Below, in pieces: positions 9,660 to 19,862 of a stretch of DNA of 64,000 nucleotides; within the stretch, counting starts at the first letter, position 1, and each line of letters starts with the position of its first letter. The notes beneath the pieces were generated by a model, which ran no database searches, was not told the DNA's origin, and was given only the letters and a program-made list of their open reading frames with translations. The translations under genes were made by a program, and so were the position numbers. Origin of the DNA: Vulcanimicrobiota bacterium (lineage in GTDB: Bacteria > Vulcanimicrobiota > Xenobia > Xenobiales > JADMJV01); NCBI GenBank assembly GCA_050250895.1, contig JBFWNU010000003.1, forward strand, positions 746,109-810,108, given 5' to 3'.

Positions 9660-10607
9660 ATGAATACGGTCCATTTCGCCGCGCCCCGTTACCAGCCGCC
9701 GACCCAGGGAGTTCCTCAGAGCCCCCCGCCCGGCGCCAACAATCCCTACGCCTTCCAACCGCCTCAAGAGACCTTCGTACCCACTACCGAAGCTCCGCCG
9801 GCGCAGAAGTCGTCGGGCTGGAAGGCCAAGTTGGGTCTGGGATTGGCGGCTCTGGCCGTGGGCACCGGCCTTGGTCTGACCGTGGCCAACCAGCAGGGAC
9901 CGAGCGTTTCCCAGGTCGAGGTGAACAATCCCACCACCCTCACCTCTGAAGCCGTTCAGGACAAGGTTTGGGACGGCTGGCAAGCCGAAAAGGTGAGCCT
10001 GATGGTCGAGCCGACCACCCGCGACTTCGGCGACTTCGCCAAGCGCACGGCCGTCAATGACTACACCGTCAGAGATACCAAGAGCGATGGCTGGAACACC
10101 ATCGGCATGGAACTTTTCAACCAGGTGCTGGCCGTCGACGGCAACGAGGTCTACGCCTCGCGGGCCGCCGAGTCGATGCAGCTCGACTTTCAGACCGACG
10201 CCGTCACCAATTGGCGCGGTCAGGTACGCCTGTCGCCGGCCGGTCAATCGGGCCCTTACGTTTCGGTGGCCGTGGGCGAGACCTTCGTCTTCGACCAGAT
10301 CGGCGGCAACGCTCGCTCGTATCTACAGACCATCGACACGCGCACCGGCGAGACCGTCACCCTCGACAAACTGGTCGGCCAGGAGAAGTTCAATGACCTG
10401 GTCAACGTGGTGGCCGGCAATCTGATGACCCGCACCGACGGCGATGTTTACCTCAACCCGGGCACCCTGTCCGAGCACGTGCGCAACTCCTTTGCACTCG
10501 TCCAGGAGAACGGGGAAACCAAAGTGGTGGTGGCCATTCCCGCCGAGGCTCACTTCGCGGCCGGCTCGGTGGCCGAGTTCACCTTCCCGGCTCCACCTCT
10601 CAACTAA
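9660..10607 (+). CDS. Hypothetical protein: Pro/Gln-rich N-terminus, one TM, C-terminal DUF3298/RsiV-like region
   Basis: TM LGLGLAALAVGTGLGLTVA; TIDTRTGETVTLDKL motif; ATG 7 nt after TAGACT. Confidence 0.7.
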   Translation: MNTVHFAAPRYQPPTQGVPQSPPPGANNPYAFQPPQETFVPTTEAPPAQKSSGWKAKLGLGLAALAVGTGLGLTVANQQGPSVSQVEVNNPTTLTSEAVQDKVWDGWQAEKVSLMVEPTTRDFGDFAKRTAVNDYTVRDTKSDGWNTIGMELFNQVLAVDGNEVYASRAAESMQLDFQTDAVTNWRGQVRLSPAGQSGPYVSVAVGETFVFDQIGGNARSYLQTIDTRTGETVTLDKLVGQEKFNDLVNVVAGNLMTRTDGDVYLNPGTLSEHVRNSFALVQENGETKVVVAIPAEAHFAAGSVAEFTFPAPPLN

Positions 10608-10647
10608 GTACACAGGGTTGCAGCCCTCGGGCCACGAAACGTAGCTC

Positions 10648-11325
10648 GTGTCCGAATCCATCAAGATCGTCATTGCCGACGACATGCCGCTCTTTCGCGA
10701 GATGCTGATTCACACTCTTGACGATGAAGAGGACATCACCGTCCTGGGCGAGGCCTCCGATGGTGAAGACGCGGTCAATCAGTGCAAGCAGTTGGCTCCC
10801 AACATCATCATCCTGGATGTCGAGATGCCCAAGATGAACGGGGTCGAGGCCACCCGCGCCATCGTGGCCAGTTGTCCGGCCACCCGAGTGGTCATCTTGA
10901 CCGCCTACGAAGACGATGAGCTGATTCTCGAATTGGTCCAGGCCGGCGCCACGGGGTATCTGGTCAAGGACACACCGGTGGATGACGTGGTCAAAGCCAT
11001 CCGCGTGGCTCACACCGGCGAGTCGCTGATTCAGCCGCGAGTTGCCCAAAAAATTCTCAAGATGATGGCCAACATGGGCCAGACCAGCGAGAAAGAGCCG
11101 ACCGGCGATCTAGCCGAGAAGCTGTCCCTGCTTACCTCACGCGAACTCGAGGTGTTGACCGCCATCGGGCGGGGCCTCAACAACAAAGAAATCGCCGATA
11201 CGCTGTGCATCGGCGGCACCACCGTCAAGACCCACGTCACCCGGGTCATGAGCAAGCTCAACCTGCGCGACCGGGTCGAGGCCGTGCTCTTCGCCGTGCA
11301 GGCCGGCCTGGTCAACCCGAGCTAG
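10648..11325 (+). CDS. NarL/LuxR-family response regulator
   Basis: IVIADD, ILDVEMP, GYLVK receiver motifs; LTSRELEVL...NKEIA...TVKTHV HTH. Confidence 0.95.
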   Translation: MSESIKIVIADDMPLFREMLIHTLDDEEDITVLGEASDGEDAVNQCKQLAPNIIILDVEMPKMNGVEATRAIVASCPATRVVILTAYEDDELILELVQAGATGYLVKDTPVDDVVKAIRVAHTGESLIQPRVAQKILKMMANMGQTSEKEPTGDLAEKLSLLTSRELEVLTAIGRGLNNKEIADTLCIGGTTVKTHVTRVMSKLNLRDRVEAVLFAVQAGLVNPS

Positions 11326-11326
11326 C

Positions 11327-11700
11327 GTTTTAACCGCGGAGGACGCGTAGGCGCGGAGGTGGGGCGCTTTCGTCGTGGGTTGCGCTGGCAGGGTCGGTTC
11401 AAGGTTCTGCAACCATAGAAGAGATGGGTTGAGGAACTCGCGACGACCAAAAGTGGGCGGTTGGTCGGGTTAACTCGATTATTGGATCGAGGATAGGATG
11501 GAAGGCTGGTGCCTGCGAGGGTCCGCCTCAACCGGGGGTGAACCCCTCGAGGTGGGCGCCTGCTGGAGTTTAACCGCGGAGATACCGCGGACGCGAAGCG
11601 CGGAGGGGTGGGCGGTTCGGCATGGGTGCCGAGAGCGCCCGTGCCAGGGGCGGTAAGAAGTATCAACACGGAGATCAGGAGAGCACGGAGAAGTGGGCGC
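11327..11700 (+). repeat. Three degenerate copies of an (TTT)AACCGCGGAG...GCGCGGAG-type intergenic repeat
   Basis: Copies near 11328, 11569 and 11666: aaccgcggaggacgcgtaggcgcggag / aaccgcggagataccgcggacgcgaagcgcggag / aacacggagatcaggagagcacggag. Confidence 0.6.
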
Positions 11701-11784
11701 AACTGGAGCGCTAGCGGCTGAGCGACTTCTTGGGTTGGCCGGCGTGACTGGCACGCAACTCCTCATCGATGGCGCGGCCGGTCG

Positions 11785-12110
11785 GGCACTTCCAGCTGGA
11801 AGACGTTACTTCCGTGCGGAAGACCGGCGGCGAGCCGGGGTCGGGGCGGGTCACAGGCCTCACCAGGTCCGCCCCAGCAAGGCGGCGATTCGGCAACTAG
11901 TGGCGCGGTGCAGCGGCTTTGGCCAGGTTTGGCGGGTTGAACTCGGAGTACGGCGCCGTGTAGCGCCGAATTCGGCACCTGGTGGTGCCGTACTCGCCTG
12001 GCCGGGCCACTTCCAGCTGGAAGACGCTTCTTCCGTGCGGAAGACCGGCGGCGAGCCGGGGGGTCACAGGCCTCACCAGGTCCGCCTCAGCGAGGCGCCT
12101 CGGCGGCGGT
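11785..12110. repeat. Modular palindromic repeat cluster: ~90-bp direct repeat with CTTCC-N4-GGAAG palindromes flanking a GTACGGC...GAATTC...GCCGTAC palindrome
   Basis: cacttccagctggaagacg...cttccgtgcggaagaccggcggcgagccgggg...ggtcacaggcctcaccaggtccgcc at ~11788 and ~12008; central module at ~11948-11993. Confidence 0.85.
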
Positions 12111-12212
12111 TTTACATCGGGCGCCCACCGATCCCGGGTGAGCGCCGACCCCAACCCCGCGCCCCCCGCGGAACCCCGCGGTGTTCTCTGGAGCGAAACC
12201 CCCGAAGAGCAC

Positions 12213-13433
12213 TCACCTCGGCAAGAACACGCGAAAGACGCTGCCCTCACCCTCGCGGCTGGTGACCTCGATGCGGCCGCCGTGGCTTTCGACGAGACGA
12301 CGCACGATCCACAGGCCCAGGCCGCTGCCGCGGATGTCGTCGGGATGGACCCGGACATACGGTTCGAAGAGGTGGGCCAACCCGTCTTCCGAAATGCCGC
12401 GGCCCTGATCTTTGACCTCGAGCCAGACACCGGGCCCGGTGGACTCGGCCGAGACCGTGACCGAGCCGCCGCTGGGGGAGTATTTGACCGCGTTTTCGAG
12501 CAGGTTGGCCAGCACCTGACGCAAACGGTCTGAATCGGCCGAGACCATGGTTTCGGCCGGGACCTCGTTGAGGAACTCGAACTGCTGGCGACGGGATGGA
12601 GAAAGATAGCGCTCGAGGTGGTGCAGTTCTTCGGCTACCATGGCGTGCAGGTCGAGTTGCGATTTGACCAGGTTGAGCTTCTCGTTTTGACCCAACTGGT
12701 TGGCATCGAGATACATGGCCACCAGGCGCTGGGCCTTGCGCAGCGCCAAGCCCATGTCGTCCATCAACTCGCTGTCAGCCCCGCTGGCCCGCAGCACCGA
12801 CAGGCCCGTTTTGAGCACGGTGAGCGGGCCCTTGAGATCGTGCGAGGCGATGGCCATGAAGGCGGCCATCGCGTTGCGGTAGGCTTGCTCTTCGTGCTCG
12901 CGTCGCAGCGATTCTTCGCGCTCGGCCAGCAGGCGGGTGTTCTCGATACAGATGGCCGCCTGGGCCGCCAACGACGGTAGGATCTCGCGATGGCCGTCGT
13001 TGAAACGAGCGGTCAGCTGGCTATCGAGATAGAGCAAGCCGAGAATCTTGTTGTGGCTCGTGAGCGGTTCGCAGATGATCGATCGCAACCCGCGCATCTC
13101 GACGCTCTGCGAGGGGTTGGGTTCAGAGAGGGCATCGACCCATTCTAATCCGCACCGGGCGACCAGGGTCTTGAGGATGACGGTGCGACTGGCTCCGAAG
13201 CCAACCGAATTTGCGTGGTCCGGTTCTAGTTGGTAGGCGGCTCCGACCCGCAGACGTTCAGGCAGAGGCAAGGTCTCGTCGGGGTCGAGCAAAAAGAGAT
13301 AACCGCGTTCGGCCCCAGAAATCTCGACGGCGGCCTCGATGATCTGCTTCAGCAGCGGCGCCGGGGCCTGGACCCGGGTCATCGAACGGGTGATTTCGAT
13401 GAGCCGCTTGAAAGGATCGACGGTGGTTTCCAC
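12213..13433 (-). CDS. Cytoplasmic GAF-domain sensor histidine kinase
   Basis: GAF (GAERGYLFL...LGLLYLDS...AAQAAICIEN), SHDLKGPL, NLLENAVKY, DQGRGI, GSGLGL. Confidence 0.92.
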   Translation of the reverse strand: METTVDPFKRLIEITRSMTRVQAPAPLLKQIIEAAVEISGAERGYLFLLDPDETLPLPERLRVGAAYQLEPDHANSVGFGASRTVILKTLVARCGLEWVDALSEPNPSQSVEMRGLRSIICEPLTSHNKILGLLYLDSQLTARFNDGHREILPSLAAQAAICIENTRLLAEREESLRREHEEQAYRNAMAAFMAIASHDLKGPLTVLKTGLSVLRASGADSELMDDMGLALRKAQRLVAMYLDANQLGQNEKLNLVKSQLDLHAMVAEELHHLERYLSPSRRQQFEFLNEVPAETMVSADSDRLRQVLANLLENAVKYSPSGGSVTVSAESTGPGVWLEVKDQGRGISEDGLAHLFEPYVRVHPDDIRGSGLGLWIVRRLVESHGGRIEVTSREGEGSVFRVFLPR

Positions 13434-13515
13434 CTACCGTATTTCCATGGTCGGGGGGGGCTTCCTTCGCTGTCAAAGGCGTTCTCGAGGCTAGCGCACC
13501 CGGCTCGAGTCGAGC

Positions 13516-14037
13516 CTATTGCTTCAGGTTATAGCGGTAGAGCCCATCCAGATTCTCGATCAGAGCTTTGGTCCGGGTCGAACTCTCGTGTCGGGCTCCT
13601 AGCAACCTTACCTGTTGCAGGTGGATGCGTCGCAAGATCACGATCGTGTCGCGCATCTGTTGTTTTTCTTTACGGGCGTGAGCGGCGCGGGCTTGCTCGA
13701 GACGCTTGCGCCCCTCCGGACCGGGCTCGGAGCGAGTGGGTTCGGGCTCGCGCCTCTGCTTCCAGGCCCGGGCTCGAGCCTTGTGCGTTTCCACCGCCAA
13801 CTCGGCCAACATCATGCGTTCGGCGCGACCGGCCTCGCTTTGGGCTGCATGCAACCCTTTGGATTTCTCCAGGAGTTCGAGCGTCTCCAGGTAGAGCTGG
13901 CTAGCCTCCTGATATGCTTTGGCTTTGGCCTGTTTGCGAGCCTGGATCATGGTCTTGGCCCAGGCCGGGCGGGGGAAATCAGCCAACGCACACAGGGATG
14001 TCGCGACCAAAACCAGCACGAGCCAGACGTTTCGCAT
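13516..14037 (-). CDS. Hypothetical secreted helical protein
   Basis: Signal peptide MRNVWLVLVLVATSLCALA; start trimmed to ATG 14037. Confidence 0.65.
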   Translation of the reverse strand: MRNVWLVLVLVATSLCALADFPRPAWAKTMIQARKQAKAKAYQEASQLYLETLELLEKSKGLHAAQSEAGRAERMMLAELAVETHKARARAWKQRREPEPTRSEPGPEGRKRLEQARAAHARKEKQQMRDTIVILRRIHLQQVRLLGARHESSTRTKALIENLDGLYRYNLKQ

Positions 14038-14077
14038 ACTGAGATGATTCGCCGCCCCCCCCGTCCGTGCGCGGTAG

Positions 14078-15073
14078 TTAGTTCCAACCAGCCTCTTCGA
14101 GCAGTCCGCGCAGTTTCGCCAGGGCCCGCACTTCTTGTTGGCGGATCGCTTCGCGCGACACTCCGAACTCGGCCGCCACTTCGTTGAGGGTGCGACGCTC
14201 TTCGCCATCGAGGCCATAGCGCAGGACCAGAATCGTTTGTTCTTTCACACTCAGGTGGGACAGGGCCCAGCAGAGATCGGATTGATCAAGGTCGTTCGAA
14301 TCGAGACCCGGGCTGGCCGGTAGGAGGTCACCGAGGCATGTCTCTGAGCCGTCTCTGCCCACCGGAGTCTCGAGCGAGACGGGCGCCTGAGCGATGCTGA
14401 GGATTCCGCGCAGGCGCTGCAACGCTTGGGACTCTAGCTCGGCCACCTTGGCCTTGACTCGGGGGTCGGTGACGCTCAGCTTGCGGCGCATCGAGCGCGA
14501 CATCTTGCGGCACACTTTCTCTGGCGAGATCGGCAAAAGCTCGCGACTGGCCTCGTCGAGATCGGGACCAGCCCCGGTGGCCGTGGCGGCGTCCGAGGAA
14601 AGACGGGAGAACTTTTGCACGATGTCATTGACGTGCACAGGCAGACGGATGGTCCGGCCCTTGTTGGCTAGCGCCCGGGTCATGGCCTGGCGGATCCACC
14701 AGCAAGCGTAAGTGGAGAAACGGCATCCTTTGTCGGGATCGAACTTGTCCACCGCTTCGATCAAGCCGATGTTGCCTTCTTGAATCAGATCCTGAAACGC
14801 CATGCCCGTGCCGACGTATTTCTTGGCCATGCTGATGACCAGCCGCAGGTTGGCCTCGGTCAATTGCCGTCGAGCTTCTTCGTCGCCGGCCTGAACCCGT
14901 CGGCCCAGCTGCACTTCTTCGTCGCGGCTCAGCAGCCCCTGGGTCTTGACCTCGCCCAGATAGGTTCCCAGCGAGTTGACCGGACTGTCGTTTCCGCGTC
15001 GGCTCAGCAGCCGCGCTTTGGGTGAAACTTTTTCGGGATTTTTTTTCTCGAGAGCTAGCATTTTCTCCACCAC
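14078..15073 (-). CDS. RpoD/RpoS-like (group 2) sigma-70 factor
   Basis: Region 1.2 [50 protein letters not shown], region 4 [18 protein letters not shown]; no region 1.1. Confidence 0.92.
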   Translation of the reverse strand: MVEKMLALEKKNPEKVSPKARLLSRRGNDSPVNSLGTYLGEVKTQGLLSRDEEVQLGRRVQAGDEEARRQLTEANLRLVISMAKKYVGTGMAFQDLIQEGNIGLIEAVDKFDPDKGCRFSTYACWWIRQAMTRALANKGRTIRLPVHVNDIVQKFSRLSSDAATATGAGPDLDEASRELLPISPEKVCRKMSRSMRRKLSVTDPRVKAKVAELESQALQRLRGILSIAQAPVSLETPVGRDGSETCLGDLLPASPGLDSNDLDQSDLCWALSHLSVKEQTILVLRYGLDGEERRTLNEVAAEFGVSREAIRQQEVRALAKLRGLLEEAGWN

Positions 15074-15189
15074 CTGCTATCATCATAGCTAAGGCCTGTC
15101 CAGGCATCGTCATCCCGAAGTAGGATCTTGGCGTACTACCTCAGGGGGAGCTGAAGGAGTTTCCCCATCGTTGTGACACTCTCTCAGGT

Positions 15190-15936
15190 ATGCCCAAGCA
15201 GCGTGACGAACTCCGTTTCCTCTTGATTGAATGTCGGCTCGATCAGCGCATGATCGACCACGAGCGCGATTGTCTTGCGCGCGCCGGCCAGCTCTCTAAC
15301 GAGCAGTTCGAGATTCTCGATCTGACCAAGCAGTCCATCAGTCCCGACCTGCTCGACCGGTACGACGGCGTCTTTATCGGGGGGACCGGTGACTACTCGG
15401 TGGCCCAGGACCGCCCCGAGTTCTTCGCCCCCCTGGTGGACCTGACTCGGGAAATGCTGACCAAGAAGGTTCCCCTGATGGGATTGTGCTACGGTTTTCA
15501 CCTGATGGCGCACGCCGTCGGTGGCAAGGTCGAGACCAGAGAAGACCTCGAAGAGACTGGGACCTATCAGGTCAACCTTACTTCTGAAGGTCAACACGAC
15601 GAGATTTTGGGCGGGCTCGAGGCTTCGTTTCCCGCTCAGCAGGGTCACCACGATGTGGTCATAGACATGCCCGGCGAGTTCGTCCGCCTGGCCGGTAGCG
15701 AGCGTTGCCGCTGGCAGGCCTTTCGTCATCCCGAGGCGCCCTACTACGGGTTGCAGTTCCATCCTGAGCTCCGCCGCGAAGACTTCATGTTGCGCATGCA
15801 AGTCTATGCGCAGAGCTACGCTTCTACGCCCGAGGCTTACGCCGAGATCGACGCTCGGGTCAAAGAGACCGAGAATCAGGAAGTCATTCGTGCTTTCGTC
15901 GACAAGATCGTGATGGGTCAACCCGTCAGCGGTTAA
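15190..15936 (+). CDS. Type 1 glutamine amidotransferase (GMP-synthase-like GATase)
   Basis: GLCYGFH nucleophile elbow and QFHPE catalytic motif. Confidence 0.88.
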   Translation: MPKQRDELRFLLIECRLDQRMIDHERDCLARAGQLSNEQFEILDLTKQSISPDLLDRYDGVFIGGTGDYSVAQDRPEFFAPLVDLTREMLTKKVPLMGLCYGFHLMAHAVGGKVETREDLEETGTYQVNLTSEGQHDEILGGLEASFPAQQGHHDVVIDMPGEFVRLAGSERCRWQAFRHPEAPYYGLQFHPELRREDFMLRMQVYAQSYASTPEAYAEIDARVKETENQEVIRAFVDKIVMGQPVSG

Positions 15937-18028
15937 CCACCAGGCGGTGGCCGGCCACGGTGGCCCCGGTCGGGTTGCACACCATGGGGTCGAGTTCGAC
16001 TCTGGCCACGCGGGGATTGGCCACCAGCAGGCCACCCAGCCGTTCGATGGTCTCGAGAGCCGTCAATTCCGGCTCGAAGCCCAGCTGTTCCAGAGTCGAG
16101 GCGAGCGTCGCGCGGCTGGCTGGGCACAGTCGCCAGAGTGTGTCTCGATAGTTGCGAAACGCCATCAAAGGCCCGTATTCCGGGTGGTTGAGCCCGCGCA
16201 CGAAGAGCCGATCGCCGGGTGGTCTGGGTTCGATAAGGAACATGGTTTGGCCGTCGAGGCCTCGCTCGGAAAGCTCGACCAGGATGCGATGCTTTCGCTC
16301 TTCGTTGGTGATCCGCAGAATCTCGCGGCTGGGACGCAACTGAATGATGACAGGATAGCCCTGGTCCTGGGCGTACCAGTCGATATCGCGAAGACTATGC
16401 AGTTCGACCTCTTCCAACAACGGCAAGCCATACTCTTTGAGCACTTTGCGGCAGACCTCGTCGTCGACGGTGAAGCTCTTGCCGCCCGCGGCCGGCGGCG
16501 GTTGCTCGAGGGGGCCCCGCTCTTGACGCTGGCCGAAGGTGCGCGAGCCCAGCATCAAATTTGAGGCTTTGAGACTGCTGCCTTCGAGGCCGAGTTCCAT
16601 CTCGAGCACGCGCGAGGCACGGCGCAAGCCCGGTGGCAGAGCCACCGAGGTCTCCTCCAACTGTTGGGCCCGGTCGTGCAGGGTCGACAGCAGCAGCACC
16701 CCTTCGCCCACCGACTCGGCCGTCAACAAGCCTGATTTCTGACAGTAGTGGCGCAAGTCTGGACAGTTCTCCAGCACCATGACGATGGGTCTTCCGGTAG
16801 CCTGTTGAATTCGCTCAGCGGCCTGGCCCAACTCCACCACATCCAGGTCGACGGCGATGACCAGGCCGGAGTTGACCTGCTGTGAGGTGAGGGCGGCGTC
16901 GACCAGTTCGACGCTGGCGTATTCGCGAAAACTTTCGGTCACGTCGATGGGGTTGTTGAGCGAGCCGTGGTGGGGGACGCAGCGCTCGAGCCGGGTCAAG
17001 GCGGCCGCCTCGAGGCGGGGCAACTCAAGGCCTGCCTGGGTGCAGAAATCGGCAGCCAGGGCACCGGCTCCGCCGGAATTGGTCAAGATTACGGTCGAAC
17101 GGCCGGCGGGCAGACGCTCTCCTACCCGCCAGTGAGCCTCCATGCGACGCACCATTTCCGGCATGTCCCGGGCCACCGTCAAACCCGCCTGGCGCAGCAA
17201 GTCTTCCAGGCGCACATCGGAGCGGGGGGCTCCGGTGTGGGCCGCGCTGGCCTGCATGCCGGCCTCGGTAGTACCCAACCGCATCACGATCAGCGGCTTT
17301 TGACGCGACAGGCGCACGGCCGTGTCGAGCCAACGCCGGCCGCCGGTGCCGCCCCCCTCGAGAATCAGGCCAACCATGCGCGTCAGAGCGTCGTTGGCGA
17401 AGAAATCCAGCCAGTCGGCCGGGGTCAGGTCAGCGCAGTTGCCCAGTCCGATCATGGTCTGCACGGAAATGCCCCGGGTCTCGAGCATTCGCATGGCCAT
17501 CTGAGCCAGTCCGCCGCTCGATGACAGCAAGGCCACCCCGGCTTTCTGGGTGGGACTGGGGCGGCCGCCCGCATCGAAGCTGAGGTTGGCCAGGGTAGCG
17601 TTGAGGCCTGAGTAGGTGCGCATCACCCCCGGCGAGTTGGGCCCCACCATGCGGGCCCCGTTGTTCTTGACCTGGGCGATGAGTTTGGCCTGGGCATATT
17701 GGCCTTCAGGACCGGTTTCGGCAAACCCGCCGCTATAGACCACCAGGTTGCGGATCCCTCGCCCCAGGCAGGCTTTGACCTGATCCGGCACCCGATGAGA
17801 GGGATGGGTGATCAGGGCCAGTTCAGGGACCTCTGTGAGCGCCTCGATCTGCTCGAAGACCTCTAAGCCGTCAATCGGTTGGCCCACCGCGTAGAGATGG
17901 CCACGGTAACCGCCGGTGCGGAGGTTGTGCAACAACCGGTGGGTGGGGTTGGCCCGGTCAGAGGACACTCCGACCACCGCGATCGAGCGCGGCGAGAGCA
18001 TTGGACCGAGTTCATGGGTCGTGGCCAT
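15926..18028 (-). CDS. Acyl-CoA synthetase (NDP-forming) family protein with degenerate ATP-grasp C-terminus
   Basis: PRSIAVVGVS CoA-binding domain, GFAETG, GPNSPG, SAAHTGA phospho-His, TNSGGAG, NPIDV. Confidence 0.82.
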   Translation of the reverse strand: MATTHELGPMLSPRSIAVVGVSSDRANPTHRLLHNLRTGGYRGHLYAVGQPIDGLEVFEQIEALTEVPELALITHPSHRVPDQVKACLGRGIRNLVVYSGGFAETGPEGQYAQAKLIAQVKNNGARMVGPNSPGVMRTYSGLNATLANLSFDAGGRPSPTQKAGVALLSSSGGLAQMAMRMLETRGISVQTMIGLGNCADLTPADWLDFFANDALTRMVGLILEGGGTGGRRWLDTAVRLSRQKPLIVMRLGTTEAGMQASAAHTGAPRSDVRLEDLLRQAGLTVARDMPEMVRRMEAHWRVGERLPAGRSTVILTNSGGAGALAADFCTQAGLELPRLEAAALTRLERCVPHHGSLNNPIDVTESFREYASVELVDAALTSQQVNSGLVIAVDLDVVELGQAAERIQQATGRPIVMVLENCPDLRHYCQKSGLLTAESVGEGVLLLSTLHDRAQQLEETSVALPPGLRRASRVLEMELGLEGSSLKASNLMLGSRTFGQRQERGPLEQPPPAAGGKSFTVDDEVCRKVLKEYGLPLLEEVELHSLRDIDWYAQDQGYPVIIQLRPSREILRITNEERKHRILVELSERGLDGQTMFLIEPRPPGDRLFVRGLNHPEYGPLMAFRNYRDTLWRLCPASRATLASTLEQLGFEPELTALETIERLGGLLVANPRVARVELDPMVCNPTGATVAGHRLVVNR

Positions 18029-18099
18029 CGGCCTCTGGTTCGACTCGCCCCGGGGGGTCCCCTGGGAGGAAGTCGTGGGGTCCGCGGGAAGGGGGAGGC

Positions 18100-19224
18100 G
18101 TGTTTGACGGACTGGTTCCAGACTACATTCAACGCCTTCGGCCCTACAAGGCGGGCAAGCCTATCTACGAGGTCCAGGCCGAGTTCGGCCTCGAGCGAGT
18201 CTATAAACTCGCCTCCAACGAGAATCCCCTGGGGCCGTCCCCCATGGCCATCGAGGCCGCTGCCGCCAGTCTGGCCGAGTGCCATCGTTATCCCGACCCG
18301 CACGCCCTCAAGTTGCGCCGAGCCCTGGCCGAGCGGTTCAACCTCTCCACCGACAATGTGATCGTGGGGGCCGGTTCCGAAGGCATCATGGCTAACATCG
18401 TGCGCGTTTTCCTCCAGGACCACGACGAGGTGTTGACCTCGGACGCCGCCTTTTTGGGATTTCCCATTCTCTGTCGCGCCCGAGGTATCGAGCCGATCCG
18501 GGTGCCGCTCATCCAATACCGATTTCACCTCGATGCCCTGGCCGACCGGATCACCGAGCGCACCAAACTGATCTATCTGTGCAACCCCAACAATCCCACC
18601 GGCACCATTTTCACTACGGCTGAATTCGACCGCTTCATGAAGCGGGTGCCCCACCGCGTGCTGGTCATTCAAGATGAGGCCTACTGCGAGTTTGCCGCCA
18701 GTCAGCCCGAATATCCCGACTCGATGGACTATCGCTACGACAACGTGATCACCTTGCGCACTTTTTCCAAAGCTTATGGTCTGGCCGGTTTTCGGGTCGG
18801 CTATGGCTTTGGCCACGACGCGTTGATCACCAGTCTGTGGAAGGTCAAATTGCCCTTCGAGCCCAGCGCCCCCGCGCAAGCGGCGGCCACCGCCGCCCTG
18901 GAAGACAGCGAATTTCTGGTGCGTGCCCTCGAGACCAACCAGCGTGGCCTGGACTATCTCTATCGCGAACTCCGGCGCCTGCGCCTGGAGTATGTGCCCT
19001 CCTACGCCAACTTCGTGATGGTCGCCCTCGATTCGTCCGCCCAGGTGGACCGTCTGTTCTCGGCCATGCTGGCCCGAGGGGTGATCATCCGTCCTCTCGA
19101 GCAGGCCGGCTTGCCCCACTGTTTCCGGATCACGGCTGGCTTGCCCGAGGAGAACCAGGCCTGTATCGAGGCTCTGGAAGCCGTGCTTACGGCAGGAACG
19201 CTGGCCGTCGATGCGAACGACTGA
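18100..19224 (+). CDS. hisC: Histidinol-phosphate aminotransferase
   Basis: KLASNENPLG, CNPNNPTG, DEAY, RTFSKAYGLAGFRVGY; GTG start after GGGGAGG. Confidence 0.93.
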   Translation: MFDGLVPDYIQRLRPYKAGKPIYEVQAEFGLERVYKLASNENPLGPSPMAIEAAAASLAECHRYPDPHALKLRRALAERFNLSTDNVIVGAGSEGIMANIVRVFLQDHDEVLTSDAAFLGFPILCRARGIEPIRVPLIQYRFHLDALADRITERTKLIYLCNPNNPTGTIFTTAEFDRFMKRVPHRVLVIQDEAYCEFAASQPEYPDSMDYRYDNVITLRTFSKAYGLAGFRVGYGFGHDALITSLWKVKLPFEPSAPAQAAATAALEDSEFLVRALETNQRGLDYLYRELRRLRLEYVPSYANFVMVALDSSAQVDRLFSAMLARGVIIRPLEQAGLPHCFRITAGLPEENQACIEALEAVLTAGTLAVDAND

Positions 19225-19226
19225 AC

Positions 19227-19856
19227 GTGCTTTTTGACCCGGCCACATCCGACGATTGGCGACCCGCTTACAAATTGCTGACCGGGGCCGTGGTTCCCAG
19301 GGCGATCGCCTTCGTGTCGACAGTCTCGGCCGCAGGGGTACCCAACCTTGCTCCTTTTTCGTTCTTTACGGCTGTCTGCGCCAACCCACCCACGATTCTG
19401 TTTTGCCCCATGCGGGCCGGTGAAGAGGGCAATAAGAAAGATACCTTGCGCAATATTGAAGAGATGGGCGACTTTGTGGTCAATGTTGTCACCGAGAAGC
19501 TAGCCGAAGACATGAACCGATGCGCCACCGATTTTCCCTTTGGGGTCAGCGAGTTTTCCGAGGTTGGGTTGACCCCGGCCGCTTCGAGTGTGGTTCGTTC
19601 GCCTCGGGTCGCCGAATCACCGATTTCCATGGAGTGTAAGCTTCGGCAAGTGATTACCGTGAGTGAAGCCTCGGGTGGAGGCTCGGTTGTGCTCGGAGAG
19701 GTAGTAACCTTCCATGTCGAGGACGACCTGTTCGATGATTTTCGTGTCGACCTGGCTAAGCTCGCCCCTATCGGGCGTCTGGCCGGATCGAGTTACACCC
19801 GCGTGAACGATCTGTTCGAGATGACGCGGGTCCCTTACGCCTCTCTCCCGAAGTAG
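19227..19856 (+). CDS. Flavin reductase-like (FMN-binding split-barrel) protein
   Basis: VVPRAIAFVST, NLAPFSFF, KDTLRNI, ESPISMEC, PIGRLAG; start trimmed to GTG 19227. Confidence 0.88.
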   Translation: MLFDPATSDDWRPAYKLLTGAVVPRAIAFVSTVSAAGVPNLAPFSFFTAVCANPPTILFCPMRAGEEGNKKDTLRNIEEMGDFVVNVVTEKLAEDMNRCATDFPFGVSEFSEVGLTPAASSVVRSPRVAESPISMECKLRQVITVSEASGGGSVVLGEVVTFHVEDDLFDDFRVDLAKLAPIGRLAGSSYTRVNDLFEMTRVPYASLPK

Positions 19857-19862
19857 TAGTAG

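Noticed and set aside
6983-9660. Retron (Ec78-like)
   Set aside because: No reverse transcriptase gene and too little intergenic space with msr/msd-like inverted repeats
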